A stretch of DNA of 64,000 bases from Candidatus Oxydemutatoraceae bacterium. GTDB taxonomy: Bacteria > Pseudomonadota > Gammaproteobacteria > Poriferisulfidales > Oxydemutatoraceae. Of this stretch, positions 18,667 through 28,318 are shown piece by piece. Numbering within the stretch: the stretch's first letter is position 1; each line of letters opens with the position of its first letter. Under the pieces are notes generated by a model. That model was not told the DNA's origin, searched no databases, and worked only from the letters and a program-made list of their open reading frames with translations. The stretch lies in NCBI GenBank assembly GCA_965220085.1, contig CBDCOZ010000001.1, positions 96,001 through 160,000 on the forward strand. Reading direction: 5' to 3'. Made by a program: the position numbers and the translations under genes.

Positions 18667-20892
18667 ATGGCAGATGACAAGGGACTGGTCTCCGGCTTCT
18701 CCCGGTTGCGCGGCGCCGGCGCAGACAAGAGCATCTGGCTGGTCTCGGGATTGTTTTTCCTGCTGGTGCTGTCGCTCACGGTCAGCCGCGCCCTGATAGA
18801 AAACTCGCAGTTATTCGGTCAGTACCGCATCTGGCTGGTCGCTTTTATCTTTTTGATACTGGCGATGTTCGTGTTGCTTATCGTCATCAATGTCGCGCGC
18901 CTGATCGCCTCGTATGTTGCCAAACGGCCGGGTTCCAAGCTGACCCTGCGCCTGACCAAAGCCTTTGTCGTGCTGATGCTGATTCCGGCTCTGACGGTCT
19001 ATTGGTTTTCAAGTTGGCTGGTTGAGAAGGGCATGGACAGCTGGTTTGACGCCGACATTGAACTCGCGCTGCAAAACTCTATTGACCTCAGCCGCTGGTC
19101 CTTGGAATCGCGCAAACGCAGTCTGCAAGGTCGGGTCGAAGCGATCGCGTTGGAGTTGTCGGGCTCCTCGGACGAAATCGCGTCGTTGCAACTTGAATCT
19201 TTTCTTGAAGCCGACGACAGCATCGGCGAGTTGACCTTGTTGCACAGCAGCCGCGAGGTGATAGCGACGGCGAGCAGAGAGGCCGTCGGCGCGTTGATGG
19301 CGCTGCCCCCCGAAGCCGTGTTGCGCGAAGTGGGGCGCAGCGACGAGCCTTATGCGGGGGTCGATCTGGTCGGAGAAAACTTATACACCCGGCTTGTGTT
19401 TCCGGTCATATCCGACGAAGTGCTCGGCGATGCGCGCTTTTTGCAAGTGCTCTATCCGATGCCCCAGCGCGTCGGCGCTTGGGCGTCGTCCGTTGAGAAC
19501 GCGTTTACTCAGTATAACCAGTTGGTGTTCCTGCGCGACTCCCTGAAGCAGAGTTTTATTTTGACGCTGACACTGGTGCTGTTTTTGGGCGTCGTCTATG
19601 CCGGCTGGGCGGCGTTATATTTTGCCCGTCGGCTGGCGCAACCGATTGCGATTCTGGACGAGGGCACGCAAGCGGTGGCGGCGGGCAAACTGGACACGCG
19701 CTTGGAGCGCGTTTCGGATGATGAGTTCGGTTCGCTGGTCGAGTCGTTCAATGAGATGACCCGCCGTTTGGCCGCGGCACAGAATGTCGCGGAGATCAAC
19801 CGCTTTCAACTTGAGCGGCAGCGCAGTTACTTGCAGACCGTATTGGAACATGTGTCATCGGGTGTCATCAGTCTGGATGAAGACATGCAATTGAAAACGG
19901 CCAACACCGCCGCTTCGGAAATACTGCTATTCCGGCTGGACGAATGGATCAACAAGCCCTTGCGCGAGATTGCGGGCGATTCGGAAGTCGGCGAATTTCT
20001 TGCCAGCCTGTCGCGCGAGATTACAAGCGCGAAGAAAGAATGGCAAAAACGCTTTGAGTATGTGCGCGACGGGCGGTGGCGCATATTGGTCTGTCGCGGA
20101 ACGTGCGTGCCCGAAGGGGGGTATGTCATCGTCATCAACGATGTGACCGATCTGGTACAGGCACAGCGCCATCAGACCTGGGGCGAGATCGCGCAGCGCA
20201 TGGCGCACGAATTCAAGAACCCCCTGACACCGATACAACTCTCCGCCGAGCGGCTGAAGAACAAACTGAGCATGGAATTGGGCGATGAGGGCAAGGCTTT
20301 GTTGGGACGCTCAACGACGGTCATCACCCAGCAGGTGGAAGCGATGAAACGGATCGTCGACGACTTCAGTCAGTTTGCGCGATCGGCGCCGATGGATGTG
20401 CGCGAAGCGGACATCAAACAACTGATCGAAGACGTAGTCGAACTGTATCTGTCCGACAGCGACGGCGTGCGCATTGAGTATCGGCCCAGCGCTGCGATGC
20501 CTTTGGTCTGCGATGCCGGACGCATCCGCCAACTTTTGCATAACCTCCTGACGAATGCGACCGAAGCGCTCGCGGGCGCCGGCGCGCCGTTGATTACGAT
20601 CACGACCGAAAGCCCCAAGGACGATACGGTCGAGATACAAATACGCGACAACGGGCCGGGCTTTGCCGAGGAGATAAAAGAAAAAGCGTTTGAGCCGTAC
20701 GTGACGAACAAGGCGGGCGGAACCGGCTTGGGGCTTGCGATAGTCAAGCGCATAGCGGAGGAACACAACGGTTATATCCGCATTGACAATACCGCCGCCG
20801 GCGCGCTCGTCAAGGTGACGCTGCGCAGCGTCTCGGCGGGACAGTATGAGGGACAATACGAGCGCGATGACAGGACGGAGGCGGGACGGTGA
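18667..20892 (+). CDS. ntrY: NtrY-like sensor histidine kinase
   Basis: TM segments, HAMP, PAS, AHEFKNPLTPIQLSAERL, DNGPG, GTGLGL. Confidence 0.88.
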   Translation: MADDKGLVSGFSRLRGAGADKSIWLVSGLFFLLVLSLTVSRALIENSQLFGQYRIWLVAFIFLILAMFVLLIVINVARLIASYVAKRPGSKLTLRLTKAFVVLMLIPALTVYWFSSWLVEKGMDSWFDADIELALQNSIDLSRWSLESRKRSLQGRVEAIALELSGSSDEIASLQLESFLEADDSIGELTLLHSSREVIATASREAVGALMALPPEAVLREVGRSDEPYAGVDLVGENLYTRLVFPVISDEVLGDARFLQVLYPMPQRVGAWASSVENAFTQYNQLVFLRDSLKQSFILTLTLVLFLGVVYAGWAALYFARRLAQPIAILDEGTQAVAAGKLDTRLERVSDDEFGSLVESFNEMTRRLAAAQNVAEINRFQLERQRSYLQTVLEHVSSGVISLDEDMQLKTANTAASEILLFRLDEWINKPLREIAGDSEVGEFLASLSREITSAKKEWQKRFEYVRDGRWRILVCRGTCVPEGGYVIVINDVTDLVQAQRHQTWGEIAQRMAHEFKNPLTPIQLSAERLKNKLSMELGDEGKALLGRSTTVITQQVEAMKRIVDDFSQFARSAPMDVREADIKQLIEDVVELYLSDSDGVRIEYRPSAAMPLVCDAGRIRQLLHNLLTNATEALAGAGAPLITITTESPKDDTVEIQIRDNGPGFAEEIKEKAFEPYVTNKAGGTGLGLAIVKRIAEEHNGYIRIDNTAAGALVKVTLRSVSAGQYEGQYERDDRTEAGR

Positions 20893-22151
20893 AAAAGTTT
20901 CATATTCTGGTTGTCGATGATGAGACGGACATCTGCGAGTTGGTCAAGGACATTCTCGAAGACGAAGGTTTTGAAGTGAGCGTCGCCGGCAGCGGAACGG
21001 TCGCCCGCGAACGGGCAAGCAAAACCGATCCCGATCTCGTGTTGTTGGATATTTGGATGCCCGATGAGGACGGGATCAGTTTGCTCAGACACTGGCGGCG
21101 CGGCGGCGAGTTGCCCTTTCCGGTTATCGTCATGTCCGGACACGGCACGATCGACAGCGCGGTGGAGGCGACCCGTCTGGGCGCCAGCATCTTTATTGAA
21201 AAGCCGCTGACGACAGCCAAGTTGTTGCAGGCGATCAATCACACATTGCCCGGCGCGCGCATGACGGATGCGCCGGTGCGCATACCGGCGGGCACCGGCA
21301 AGGTCGCGCAATCGTTGCGCGAACAGGCAAAAGCCATGTCACACAGCGCCGAGCCGCTGATGATTCACGGGCCGACGGGTATCGGCAAGACCGATTTTGC
21401 ATTCTATGTGCATACGATGAGCGCGTATGCCAAGAAGAACTTCGTCGTGATCGATGAGAGGCACGTCGTTGCCGACCTGCCCCCGCCCAATCGCTGGGGG
21501 ACGCTGTTGATAAAGAATATCGGCATGCACGGCGAGGCGAACCAATACGAATTGGCGGCGGCGTTGAACAAGCACAAAGGAGATCGCATCGGCTTTCGCC
21601 TGATGTGTTCGGACGAAAGAGAGTTGGACTTGTTGACCAAGCAAAGAGTCGTCTGCCCGCCGCTGGCCGAACGGCTTGCCGGAAAGTCGGCATATCTGCC
21701 GCCGCTGACCGAGCGCAGCGGCGACATCCCCGATCTGATAGGCGCGTGCGTGGACTATCACTGCCAGACGAGTTCGCTGCCCTACCGGCGCTTTTCCATC
21801 GCGGCGCAGAATTTCCTCTTGCACCACTCGTGGCCGGGCAATATGCGCGAGTTGGATTCTCTGGTCGAGCGTCTGCTGAAAAGGGGCGACAACAATCAAA
21901 TCACTTTGGAAGAGGCGCGTGTCGTGATGCGCGAGGCGGGCAACGAAAGCGCCGATTTGGGTCACATGATGCAGATGCCGCTGCGCGAGGCGCGCGAGGA
22001 GTTTGAGCGCAGGTACTTGGAGTGCCGCTTGCGCGAGGTAGGCGGCAATGTGACCCATCTTGCGTTGCGCGTTGGCATCGAGAGAACACACCTGTATCGC
22101 AAACTGAAATCTCTGGGGATAAACTTCAGGGAGGGCAAGGGGTCGCAATGA
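20889..22151 (+). CDS. ntrX: NtrX-like response regulator (receiver, degenerate AAA+, Fis HTH)
   Basis: LLDIWMPD receiver, WPGNMREL, ERTHLYRKL. Confidence 0.85.
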   Translation: MKKFHILVVDDETDICELVKDILEDEGFEVSVAGSGTVARERASKTDPDLVLLDIWMPDEDGISLLRHWRRGGELPFPVIVMSGHGTIDSAVEATRLGASIFIEKPLTTAKLLQAINHTLPGARMTDAPVRIPAGTGKVAQSLREQAKAMSHSAEPLMIHGPTGIGKTDFAFYVHTMSAYAKKNFVVIDERHVVADLPPPNRWGTLLIKNIGMHGEANQYELAAALNKHKGDRIGFRLMCSDERELDLLTKQRVVCPPLAERLAGKSAYLPPLTERSGDIPDLIGACVDYHCQTSSLPYRRFSIAAQNFLLHHSWPGNMRELDSLVERLLKRGDNNQITLEEARVVMREAGNESADLGHMMQMPLREAREEFERRYLECRLREVGGNVTHLALRVGIERTHLYRKLKSLGINFREGKGSQ

Positions 22152-23527
22152 AAATTATCATTTTGGGAGCCGATGCCGTCGGGGTTGCTTTGGCGCGCAG
22201 CATGACCGAAGAAGGCAACGATGTGACGCTGATCGACGAGCGCCCCGAGCGGTTGCGCGACTTGCAACACCTGTTTGACATGAATGTGCTCGTCGGTCGC
22301 GGTTCGCATCCGCAAGTGTTGCGGCAAGCGGACATCGAAGACGCGGATATGTTGGTCGCTCTGACCAAACAAGACGAAGTGAATATCATCGGTTGCCGCG
22401 TCGCGCACACGCTGTTTAACGTGCCGACTAAAATCGCCGTGGTCAGAACCCGCGCCTACCTCGAAGAGAGCGACAAGTTGTTCGGCGACGGCCTGATTCC
22501 AATCGACGCGCTGCTCAATCCCGACCGGATTATTTCCAACCAGATATGCGGCCTCATTCGCTATCCTGGCACGCTGCAATTCGCCGAGTTTGGCGACGGC
22601 TGCCTGCTGCTGGTCTGTGTTGTCGCGCGGGAAGGCGGCAGTTTGATCGACCGCCCCCTGCGAGAATGTCGGCAGATGCTGACCGGAGTCGTGCGCATCG
22701 CCGCGGCATATCGCGATGACAAAGCCATCATACCCGACGGCGACACGCGCATCTATCCGGGAGATGAGATATTTTTCTTTGCCCCGCCGGAGCAGGTGGC
22801 GGAGTTGAACGCGGCGCTCGGCAAGCGGATTGATCCTTTCAAGCGGATCATCATTGCCGGCGGCAATGACATCGGGATTCATCTGGCCGAAGCCTTGCAG
22901 CACAAATACCGCGTCAAGTTGATCGAGCGCGACAAGGAACGCGCGCAGTTGTGCGACAGAAACTTGGACGGCATCGTGGTTTTGCACGGCGACCCCACGA
23001 ACAAGAATATGCTATCGGAAGAGAACATCCATCAAACCGACATATTCTGCGCCGTCACCGACGACGACGAGGACAACATCCTGTCCGCGTTGATAGCGAA
23101 GCATCTGGGCGCGCGCAAGGCGCTGGCGCTTGTCAACGACACCAACTACATAGAATTGATTCGGCGCGACCACATAGACATAGACATCGCCCTATCCATG
23201 CAGCAAATCACACTGAGCGAGTTGCTGTGCCATGTGCGCCACGGCGACACGGTCGCCGCCTATTCGCTGCGGCGCGGCAACACCGAAGCGCTGGAGATAG
23301 TCGTTCACGGCGACACCCGCACCTCAAAGATCGTCGGGCGTCCGGTGTCGCGCCTGCATCTGCCGCCGGGGTGCATGGTCTGCGGAATCATTCGCGGCGG
23401 GCGGGCGATTCCGGTCGAATCGGAGCGCGTCATCGAGTCGGGCGACCGCTTGATCTTTTTCGTCATTGACAAGAAGCACATCCCCGACATTGAGAAAGTC
23501 TTTCAAGTAAACGCGACCTTTCTATGA
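22148..23527 (+). CDS. trkA: Trk potassium uptake NAD-binding subunit
   Basis: MKIIILGA start, two RCK domains. Confidence 0.93.
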   Translation: MKIIILGADAVGVALARSMTEEGNDVTLIDERPERLRDLQHLFDMNVLVGRGSHPQVLRQADIEDADMLVALTKQDEVNIIGCRVAHTLFNVPTKIAVVRTRAYLEESDKLFGDGLIPIDALLNPDRIISNQICGLIRYPGTLQFAEFGDGCLLLVCVVAREGGSLIDRPLRECRQMLTGVVRIAAAYRDDKAIIPDGDTRIYPGDEIFFFAPPEQVAELNAALGKRIDPFKRIIIAGGNDIGIHLAEALQHKYRVKLIERDKERAQLCDRNLDGIVVLHGDPTNKNMLSEENIHQTDIFCAVTDDDEDNILSALIAKHLGARKALALVNDTNYIELIRRDHIDIDIALSMQQITLSELLCHVRHGDTVAAYSLRRGNTEALEIVVHGDTRTSKIVGRPVSRLHLPPGCMVCGIIRGGRAIPVESERVIESGDRLIFFVIDKKHIPDIEKVFQVNATFL

Positions 23528-24966
23528 GCCACTTCTTGTCCATCCAGCGGGTGCTGGGCATGCTCCTGATGATGTTCAGTTTTACGATGCTGGCGCCGGT
23601 CATGGTCGGCATCTGGCACGGAGAAAACACCGTGCCGTTTGCGCGCTCGTTTCTGATTATCTTCTCGGTCGGCGCGGCGGCGTGGTTTGTCGCGCGCAAC
23701 CATCGCGTCAATCTGCGCCTGAAGGAAGCGTTTTTAATCGTCGTGTTTGCCTGGAGCGTCATCAGCGCCGCCGGCGCCATGCCCCTGTACATGCTGGAAG
23801 TTCCGCAACTGGCTTTGCACGAAGCGGTCTTTGAATCCATCGCCGGTCTGACCACGACGGGCGCGACCGCGATCACGGGTCTGGATTCGCTGCCCCGCGC
23901 GGTGTTGCTGTATCGTCACCTCTTGCAATGGTTCGGCGGACTCGGCATCATCCTGATCGCGATAGCGATCACCCCGATTCTCGGCATCGGCGGGATGCAG
24001 CTGTACCGCACCGAGATGTTGTCTGCCAGCATGAGCGCCAGAATTCTGCCGCGCATTCGCGAGATGACGATGTTGCTGTGGCGCATCTACATGTCTTTGA
24101 CGGTCGCATGCGCGCTGGCGTACCGGCTTGCCGGCATGTCGTGGTTTGATGCGATATGCCACAGCTTTTCAACCATCGCCATCGGCGGCTTCTCAACCCA
24201 CGATGCGAGTTTCGGCTATTTTGCCGACAAACCGGCGGTGCTGGCGGTGGCGATCGTGTTTATGATTCTCGCGGCGACCAGTTTCAGTCTGCATTTTTTC
24301 GCCTGGCGCAAACACTCGCTGCTGGCATATTTCAAAGATGCGGAATTCAAAGTTTTTATCTCCCTGCTGGCCGTCGTCACAGTATTGACGCTCGCGGCGC
24401 TGGCCAACGCCGGCGCCTATGACGATTTAATCGCGGGGGTATTCCACGCCATTTCCATCACGACGACGACCGGATTTGTCGCCGCCTCTGCCGAGAGTTG
24501 GCCGCATGTGATTCCGATGCTCTTGTTGTTCGCCAGTTTTGTCGGCGGCTGCGTCGGTTCCACCGCCGGCGGGATGAAAGTCATCCGCTTTTGGTTGCTG
24601 TTAAAGCAAGGCTTTTTGGAGATGCGGCAACTGATCCATCCCGATGCGGTGACGCACCTGAAGGTCGGGCGCAAGGTGCTGGACAACAGCACGATTCAAT
24701 CGGTGTGGGGTTTTTTCTCCGCCTATGTGGGGTCGCTGATACTGATTACCTTGTTGCTGATGGCGAGCGGACTGAATCAAGAAAGCGCGTTTTCGGCGGC
24801 GGCGGCGGCGATTAACAACCTCGGTCCCGGGCTCGGAGATGTCGCCGAGAACTATGCGACGGTCAATCAATTCGGCAAGTGGGTCCTGTGTTTTTCCATG
24901 CTGCTTGGGCGTTTGGAGGTGTTTGCGCTGCTGATTGTCTTCTCGCCGGTGTTCTGGCGCAAGTAA
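23524..24966 (+). CDS. trkH: Trk potassium uptake membrane subunit
   Basis: GLTTTGA, IAIGGFS, GSTAGGMK, NLGPG, LGRLE. Confidence 0.94.
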   Translation: MSHFLSIQRVLGMLLMMFSFTMLAPVMVGIWHGENTVPFARSFLIIFSVGAAAWFVARNHRVNLRLKEAFLIVVFAWSVISAAGAMPLYMLEVPQLALHEAVFESIAGLTTTGATAITGLDSLPRAVLLYRHLLQWFGGLGIILIAIAITPILGIGGMQLYRTEMLSASMSARILPRIREMTMLLWRIYMSLTVACALAYRLAGMSWFDAICHSFSTIAIGGFSTHDASFGYFADKPAVLAVAIVFMILAATSFSLHFFAWRKHSLLAYFKDAEFKVFISLLAVVTVLTLAALANAGAYDDLIAGVFHAISITTTTGFVAASAESWPHVIPMLLLFASFVGGCVGSTAGGMKVIRFWLLLKQGFLEMRQLIHPDAVTHLKVGRKVLDNSTIQSVWGFFSAYVGSLILITLLLMASGLNQESAFSAAAAAINNLGPGLGDVAENYATVNQFGKWVLCFSMLLGRLEVFALLIVFSPVFWRK

Positions 24967-25044
24967 AGGGTGTATAATGCCGTTTCAGATATTCCCGTAT
25001 CTCGCTAATTTGACCTATCCGACTATTTGTAATAAATTGAAAAC

Positions 25045-26247
25045 ATGCTATTTGACCTGTTAACTGGAAAAGGGTTGTTGCAACCGGAGTGGTGGGCGCT
25101 TGTCCTGCTGGCTCTGGGGATGACCCACCTGACGATAATCTCCGTAACGCTTTACCTGCACCGTTGCCAAGCGCATTGCAGCCTGGCCTTGCACCCGATC
25201 GCGTCGCATCTGATGCGGCTGTGGCTGTGGCTGTCGACCGGGCTTGTGACCGCCCAGTGGGTCGCCGTGCACCGCAAGCATCACGCAAAAGTGGAAACCG
25301 CCGACGACCCGCACAGCCCCGCTATTTACGGCATTAACGAAGTGCTGTATCGCGGCGCGGAACTCTACCGCGACGAAGCCGTCAAAGAGGAGGTGGTCAA
25401 AGCCTACGGTCACCACCTGCTGCCGCGAGATTGGCTGGAAAGAAACCTATACGGCGCCCATCCCTCGTTCGGAATCGCCGCGATGTTGTTGATTCAATTC
25501 GCACTGTTCGGGTTCTTCGGGATCATGATTTGGGCCGTGCAAATGGCGTGGATACCGTTCTTTGCCGCCGGTGTCATCAACGGCTTGGGGCATTTCACGG
25601 GCTACCGCAATTTTGCGACAGATGACAATTCCACCAATATCGTCAATTTCGGAGCGCTCGTAGGCGGCGAGGAGTTGCACAACAACCACCACGCGTATCC
25701 GTCTTCGGCAAAGTTCTCCATGCGGTGGTGGGAGTTTGATATCGGTTGGTTCTACATCAAGTTGCTCAGCGCCTTCGGCTTGGCGCGCGTATTGCGCCGC
25801 GCTCCGGTGCCGAAAGATGATGCCAACGAGTTGACGGAAGTGACCCCGTCCACGCTAAAGGCTCTGATTCAAGGCCGCCCGCACGTGTTGTTGGAATATG
25901 CGACCGATGTCGTCAAACCCATTTTTAAGGCCGAACTGGCCGGCGCCGACAAATCGCGCCGCAAGTTGTTGGCCAAGGTAAAAAACGCATTGTTCCTGCA
26001 CCAGCGTCACATTACCGAGCAAGACATCAGCGCGTTAAAGGAAGCCGCCCTGAACAGTCGGCAGTTGCAAGTGATATACGAGTTCAAGCACACGCTTGAA
26101 GACCTGTTGCACAACTGCCGCGATCAGAATCAATTGCTAAAGTCTCTGCAGGATTGGTGCCGCAAGGCGGAAGAGAGCGGGATACAGGCGTTGTCGCAGT
26201 TTTCGGAGCGCATCTGCAATTATTCGTTGCATTCGCAACGCACTTGA
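25045..26247 (+). CDS. Acyl-CoA/fatty acid desaturase (DesA-like)
   Basis: His boxes HRCQAH, HRKHH, HNNHH. Confidence 0.9.
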   Translation: MLFDLLTGKGLLQPEWWALVLLALGMTHLTIISVTLYLHRCQAHCSLALHPIASHLMRLWLWLSTGLVTAQWVAVHRKHHAKVETADDPHSPAIYGINEVLYRGAELYRDEAVKEEVVKAYGHHLLPRDWLERNLYGAHPSFGIAAMLLIQFALFGFFGIMIWAVQMAWIPFFAAGVINGLGHFTGYRNFATDDNSTNIVNFGALVGGEELHNNHHAYPSSAKFSMRWWEFDIGWFYIKLLSAFGLARVLRRAPVPKDDANELTEVTPSTLKALIQGRPHVLLEYATDVVKPIFKAELAGADKSRRKLLAKVKNALFLHQRHITEQDISALKEAALNSRQLQVIYEFKHTLEDLLHNCRDQNQLLKSLQDWCRKAEESGIQALSQFSERICNYSLHSQRT

Positions 26248-26296
26248 GAAAGGCCCCGCTCGCGCGAGGCGCGCGGATGGCGCGACAGAAGGAGGG

Positions 26297-26315
26297 CGCC
26301 GATTACATCGGCGCG
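26297..26315. terminator. Hairpin between convergent desaturase and rpmG
   Basis: gcgccgat-tac-atcggcgc 8-bp stem. Confidence 0.45.
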
Positions 26316-26317
26316 CC

Positions 26318-26485
26318 TTACTTTGATATTTTGCTTTCTTTGTAGATGACGTGTTTGCGGACAACCGGATCGTACTTTTTCAATTCCAGTTTGGGCGCGT
26401 CGGCGCGCTTGCTTTTCACCGCGGTATAGTAATGACCGGTCTTGGCGCCGGAGACGAGTTTGATTTTCTCCTTCTTGCCGGCCAT
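26318..26485 (-). CDS. rpmG: 50S ribosomal protein L33
   Basis: Read manually: [27 protein letters not shown]...[21 protein letters not shown]; TAATG overlap with rpmB. Confidence 0.95.
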   Translation of the reverse strand: MAGKKEKIKLVSGAKTGHYYTAVKSKRADAPKLELKKYDPVVRKHVIYKESKISK

Positions 26486-26721
26486 TAAACTTTCTCCCCG
26501 CGGTTGCGCAAGTCGTTTGCCACGCGCTCAATTCCTTTCTTCTCGATAATCCTAAGCCCCTTGCGCGACACCCTCAGCTTGATCCAACGGTTTTCTTTCG
26601 GATGCCAAAAGCGATGGGTGTGAAGGTTGGGCAAAAAGCGGCGGCGCGTTTTGTTATGCGCGTGCGAAACATTGTTGCCGCTCATGGGCCCCTTGTGCGT
26701 TATTTGACAAATTCTGGACAT
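26485..26721 (-). CDS. rpmB: 50S ribosomal protein L28
   Basis: [33 protein letters not shown]. Confidence 0.97.
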   Translation of the reverse strand: MSRICQITHKGPMSGNNVSHAHNKTRRRFLPNLHTHRFWHPKENRWIKLRVSRKGLRIIEKKGIERVANDLRNRGEKV

Positions 26722-26756
26722 CGGTTTTTGTGGTTGCTCAATGAAACAAGGGACAG

Positions 26757-26765
26757 ATTGTACCA
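26757..26765 (-). promoter_or_regulatory. Probable extended -10 promoter of rpmB-rpmG
   Basis: TGgTACAAT about 36 nt upstream of the rpmB start. Confidence 0.55.
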
Positions 26766-26796
26766 CAAGCCGCCCCATCGCCGCAGGCAACTCGCA

Positions 26797-27318
26797 TTAC
26801 CGCAGGGGCCCTTCCAGGAAAAGGCGCAAGCGCAACAGCAGAGTCGGTTCCTGATCCGGTTCCTGCTGTTGGAGAATGCATTCCGTCGCGCCGTCCAGAT
26901 TCGCGCCTGCCGGAGACATGCCCGCCCCGCAGTTGAAAACATACGGTTCCATCGGCGGAATCCTCTCAAACGCCGCCGTGACTGCCGCGATTTCTTTCGC
27001 AGTAGTGTCCAGTGTGCCCAGCGACGGAAAGGGAATCCCGTTGTTCTTAAATGTTTGAATCAAAACGAATCCGAAGGAGGGGAAAGAGACTCTCAATTGG
27101 TCGAGGCTGGTTTGGGTGATGGCTTCGTTAATATAGTCCGGCTCGCCGTTGTATCGCCCCAAAACCGCGTCCGCATAAGCCAGCGCCACCGGGCCAACAT
27201 TGCCGCTAAGTCGGGTGTTTATCAACCGAAAGTCGTCAGTGAGCTTTTGCACCCGCGGCGGAATGACCGCATTGCCGCTCATGGGGCCTTTGTTGGTTAT
27301 TTGGCAAATTCTAGACAT
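26797..27318 (-). CDS. Chimeric ORF: L28 N-terminus, Cys-repeat fragment and LRLRLFLEGPLR tail
   Basis: [16 protein letters not shown] copy of rpmB; YVFNCGAGMSPAGANLDGATEC shared with 32629..33627. Confidence 0.65.
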   Translation of the reverse strand: MSRICQITNKGPMSGNAVIPPRVQKLTDDFRLINTRLSGNVGPVALAYADAVLGRYNGEPDYINEAITQTSLDQLRVSFPSFGFVLIQTFKNNGIPFPSLGTLDTTAKEIAAVTAAFERIPPMEPYVFNCGAGMSPAGANLDGATECILQQQEPDQEPTLLLRLRLFLEGPLR

Positions 27319-27393
27319 CGGTTTTTGTGGTTGCTCAATGAAACAAGGGACAGATTGTGCCACAAGCCGCCCCATCGCCGCAGGGGACTCGCA

Positions 27394-28275
27394 TTACCGC
27401 AGGGGCCCTTCCAGGAAAAGGCGCAAGCGCAACAGCAGGTTCTCTACGACTATGATGTTGCCGTCGGTGCATCGCGTCTCGTTAGCGGGAGTGGCATGCT
27501 GATCCATGAAAGAGGCGCAGACGCGGACGTATGTCCCCGCATGTGCCTGCCGGGGGGTAAAGGTGGCGGCGGTCGCGCCGTCGATGTCTTCGTATGCATC
27601 GGCGGCCGGGATGCCGCTGGCCGGGGCCGCGGCCGATTGCCATTGCCAGCGCAGGGTGCCGGTGTTTATGATGTTGTTGTCGGCTATAGTGCCGATGGCG
27701 GCGGTGATGGGCACATCCTTGTTCCAGGCGGTGCCTGTGTCGGCGGATACGACGGGGGCGCCGGTGGCGGCCTCTTGGGTGGGGTTGAACAGGCGGATGG
27801 TCATGGTGCCCTTTGCGTTGCCGAGGCTTCCTGCGGTGAGGACATAGAAAAAGAATGTGGCGTAGTTGCGCGTCTGTGCCTGGCCCGTGGGCGGATGGTA
27901 GCTGATGGTGGATATGGCGTTTGCGGTCACAACAACTCTGGTTCCAAAAGTCGTGCCGGTGACGGCGGAGGAGCCCGCCCGCAGAGTGCCCCTTGTGGGT
28001 TTCGATAATCCCACACTGACGAGGGCATCATCTTCCGCATCGGTGAAGCGGAAGTCGGATAGCTTGAAGTGGTACGGGGATGCGGCGGTGGCGTCTATGG
28101 ACACATCAACGCTGGACGGCTGTGCCTGAGGGTCGAAGTTTTGCGCCTGGGCCTGGCCGCAGACGGCAATCAGGGCCGGCAGAATAAGCGACCGGAGGTT
28201 GCGTCGGGTCATTGCCGAGTCAATCCCCTTGCTTACAAAACTGCGCGGGCGCGTATCAAAAGTTTGTCGTTTCAT
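27394..28275 (-). CDS. Exported Ig/cadherin-like protein with LRLRLFLEGPLR tail
   Basis: MKRQTFDT leader, AQAQ cleavage-like site, TGAPVVS...WQWQ...YVRVCASF...C module. Confidence 0.8.
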   Translation of the reverse strand: MKRQTFDTRPRSFVSKGIDSAMTRRNLRSLILPALIAVCGQAQAQNFDPQAQPSSVDVSIDATAASPYHFKLSDFRFTDAEDDALVSVGLSKPTRGTLRAGSSAVTGTTFGTRVVVTANAISTISYHPPTGQAQTRNYATFFFYVLTAGSLGNAKGTMTIRLFNPTQEAATGAPVVSADTGTAWNKDVPITAAIGTIADNNIINTGTLRWQWQSAAAPASGIPAADAYEDIDGATAATFTPRQAHAGTYVRVCASFMDQHATPANETRCTDGNIIVVENLLLRLRLFLEGPLR

Positions 28276-28318
28276 AATTCTGCTCCCGATGTGGTTTGCG
28301 CATACAGTGCGTTTCCTA

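Noticed and set aside
20889-22151. Degenerate AAA+ domain lacking GAFTGA in NtrX
   Set aside because: Degenerate or missing AAA+ domains are known in NtrX proteins; not novel.
26602-28008. 468-aa plus-strand ORF
   Set aside because: Antisense to rpmB and array genes; no recognisable motifs.
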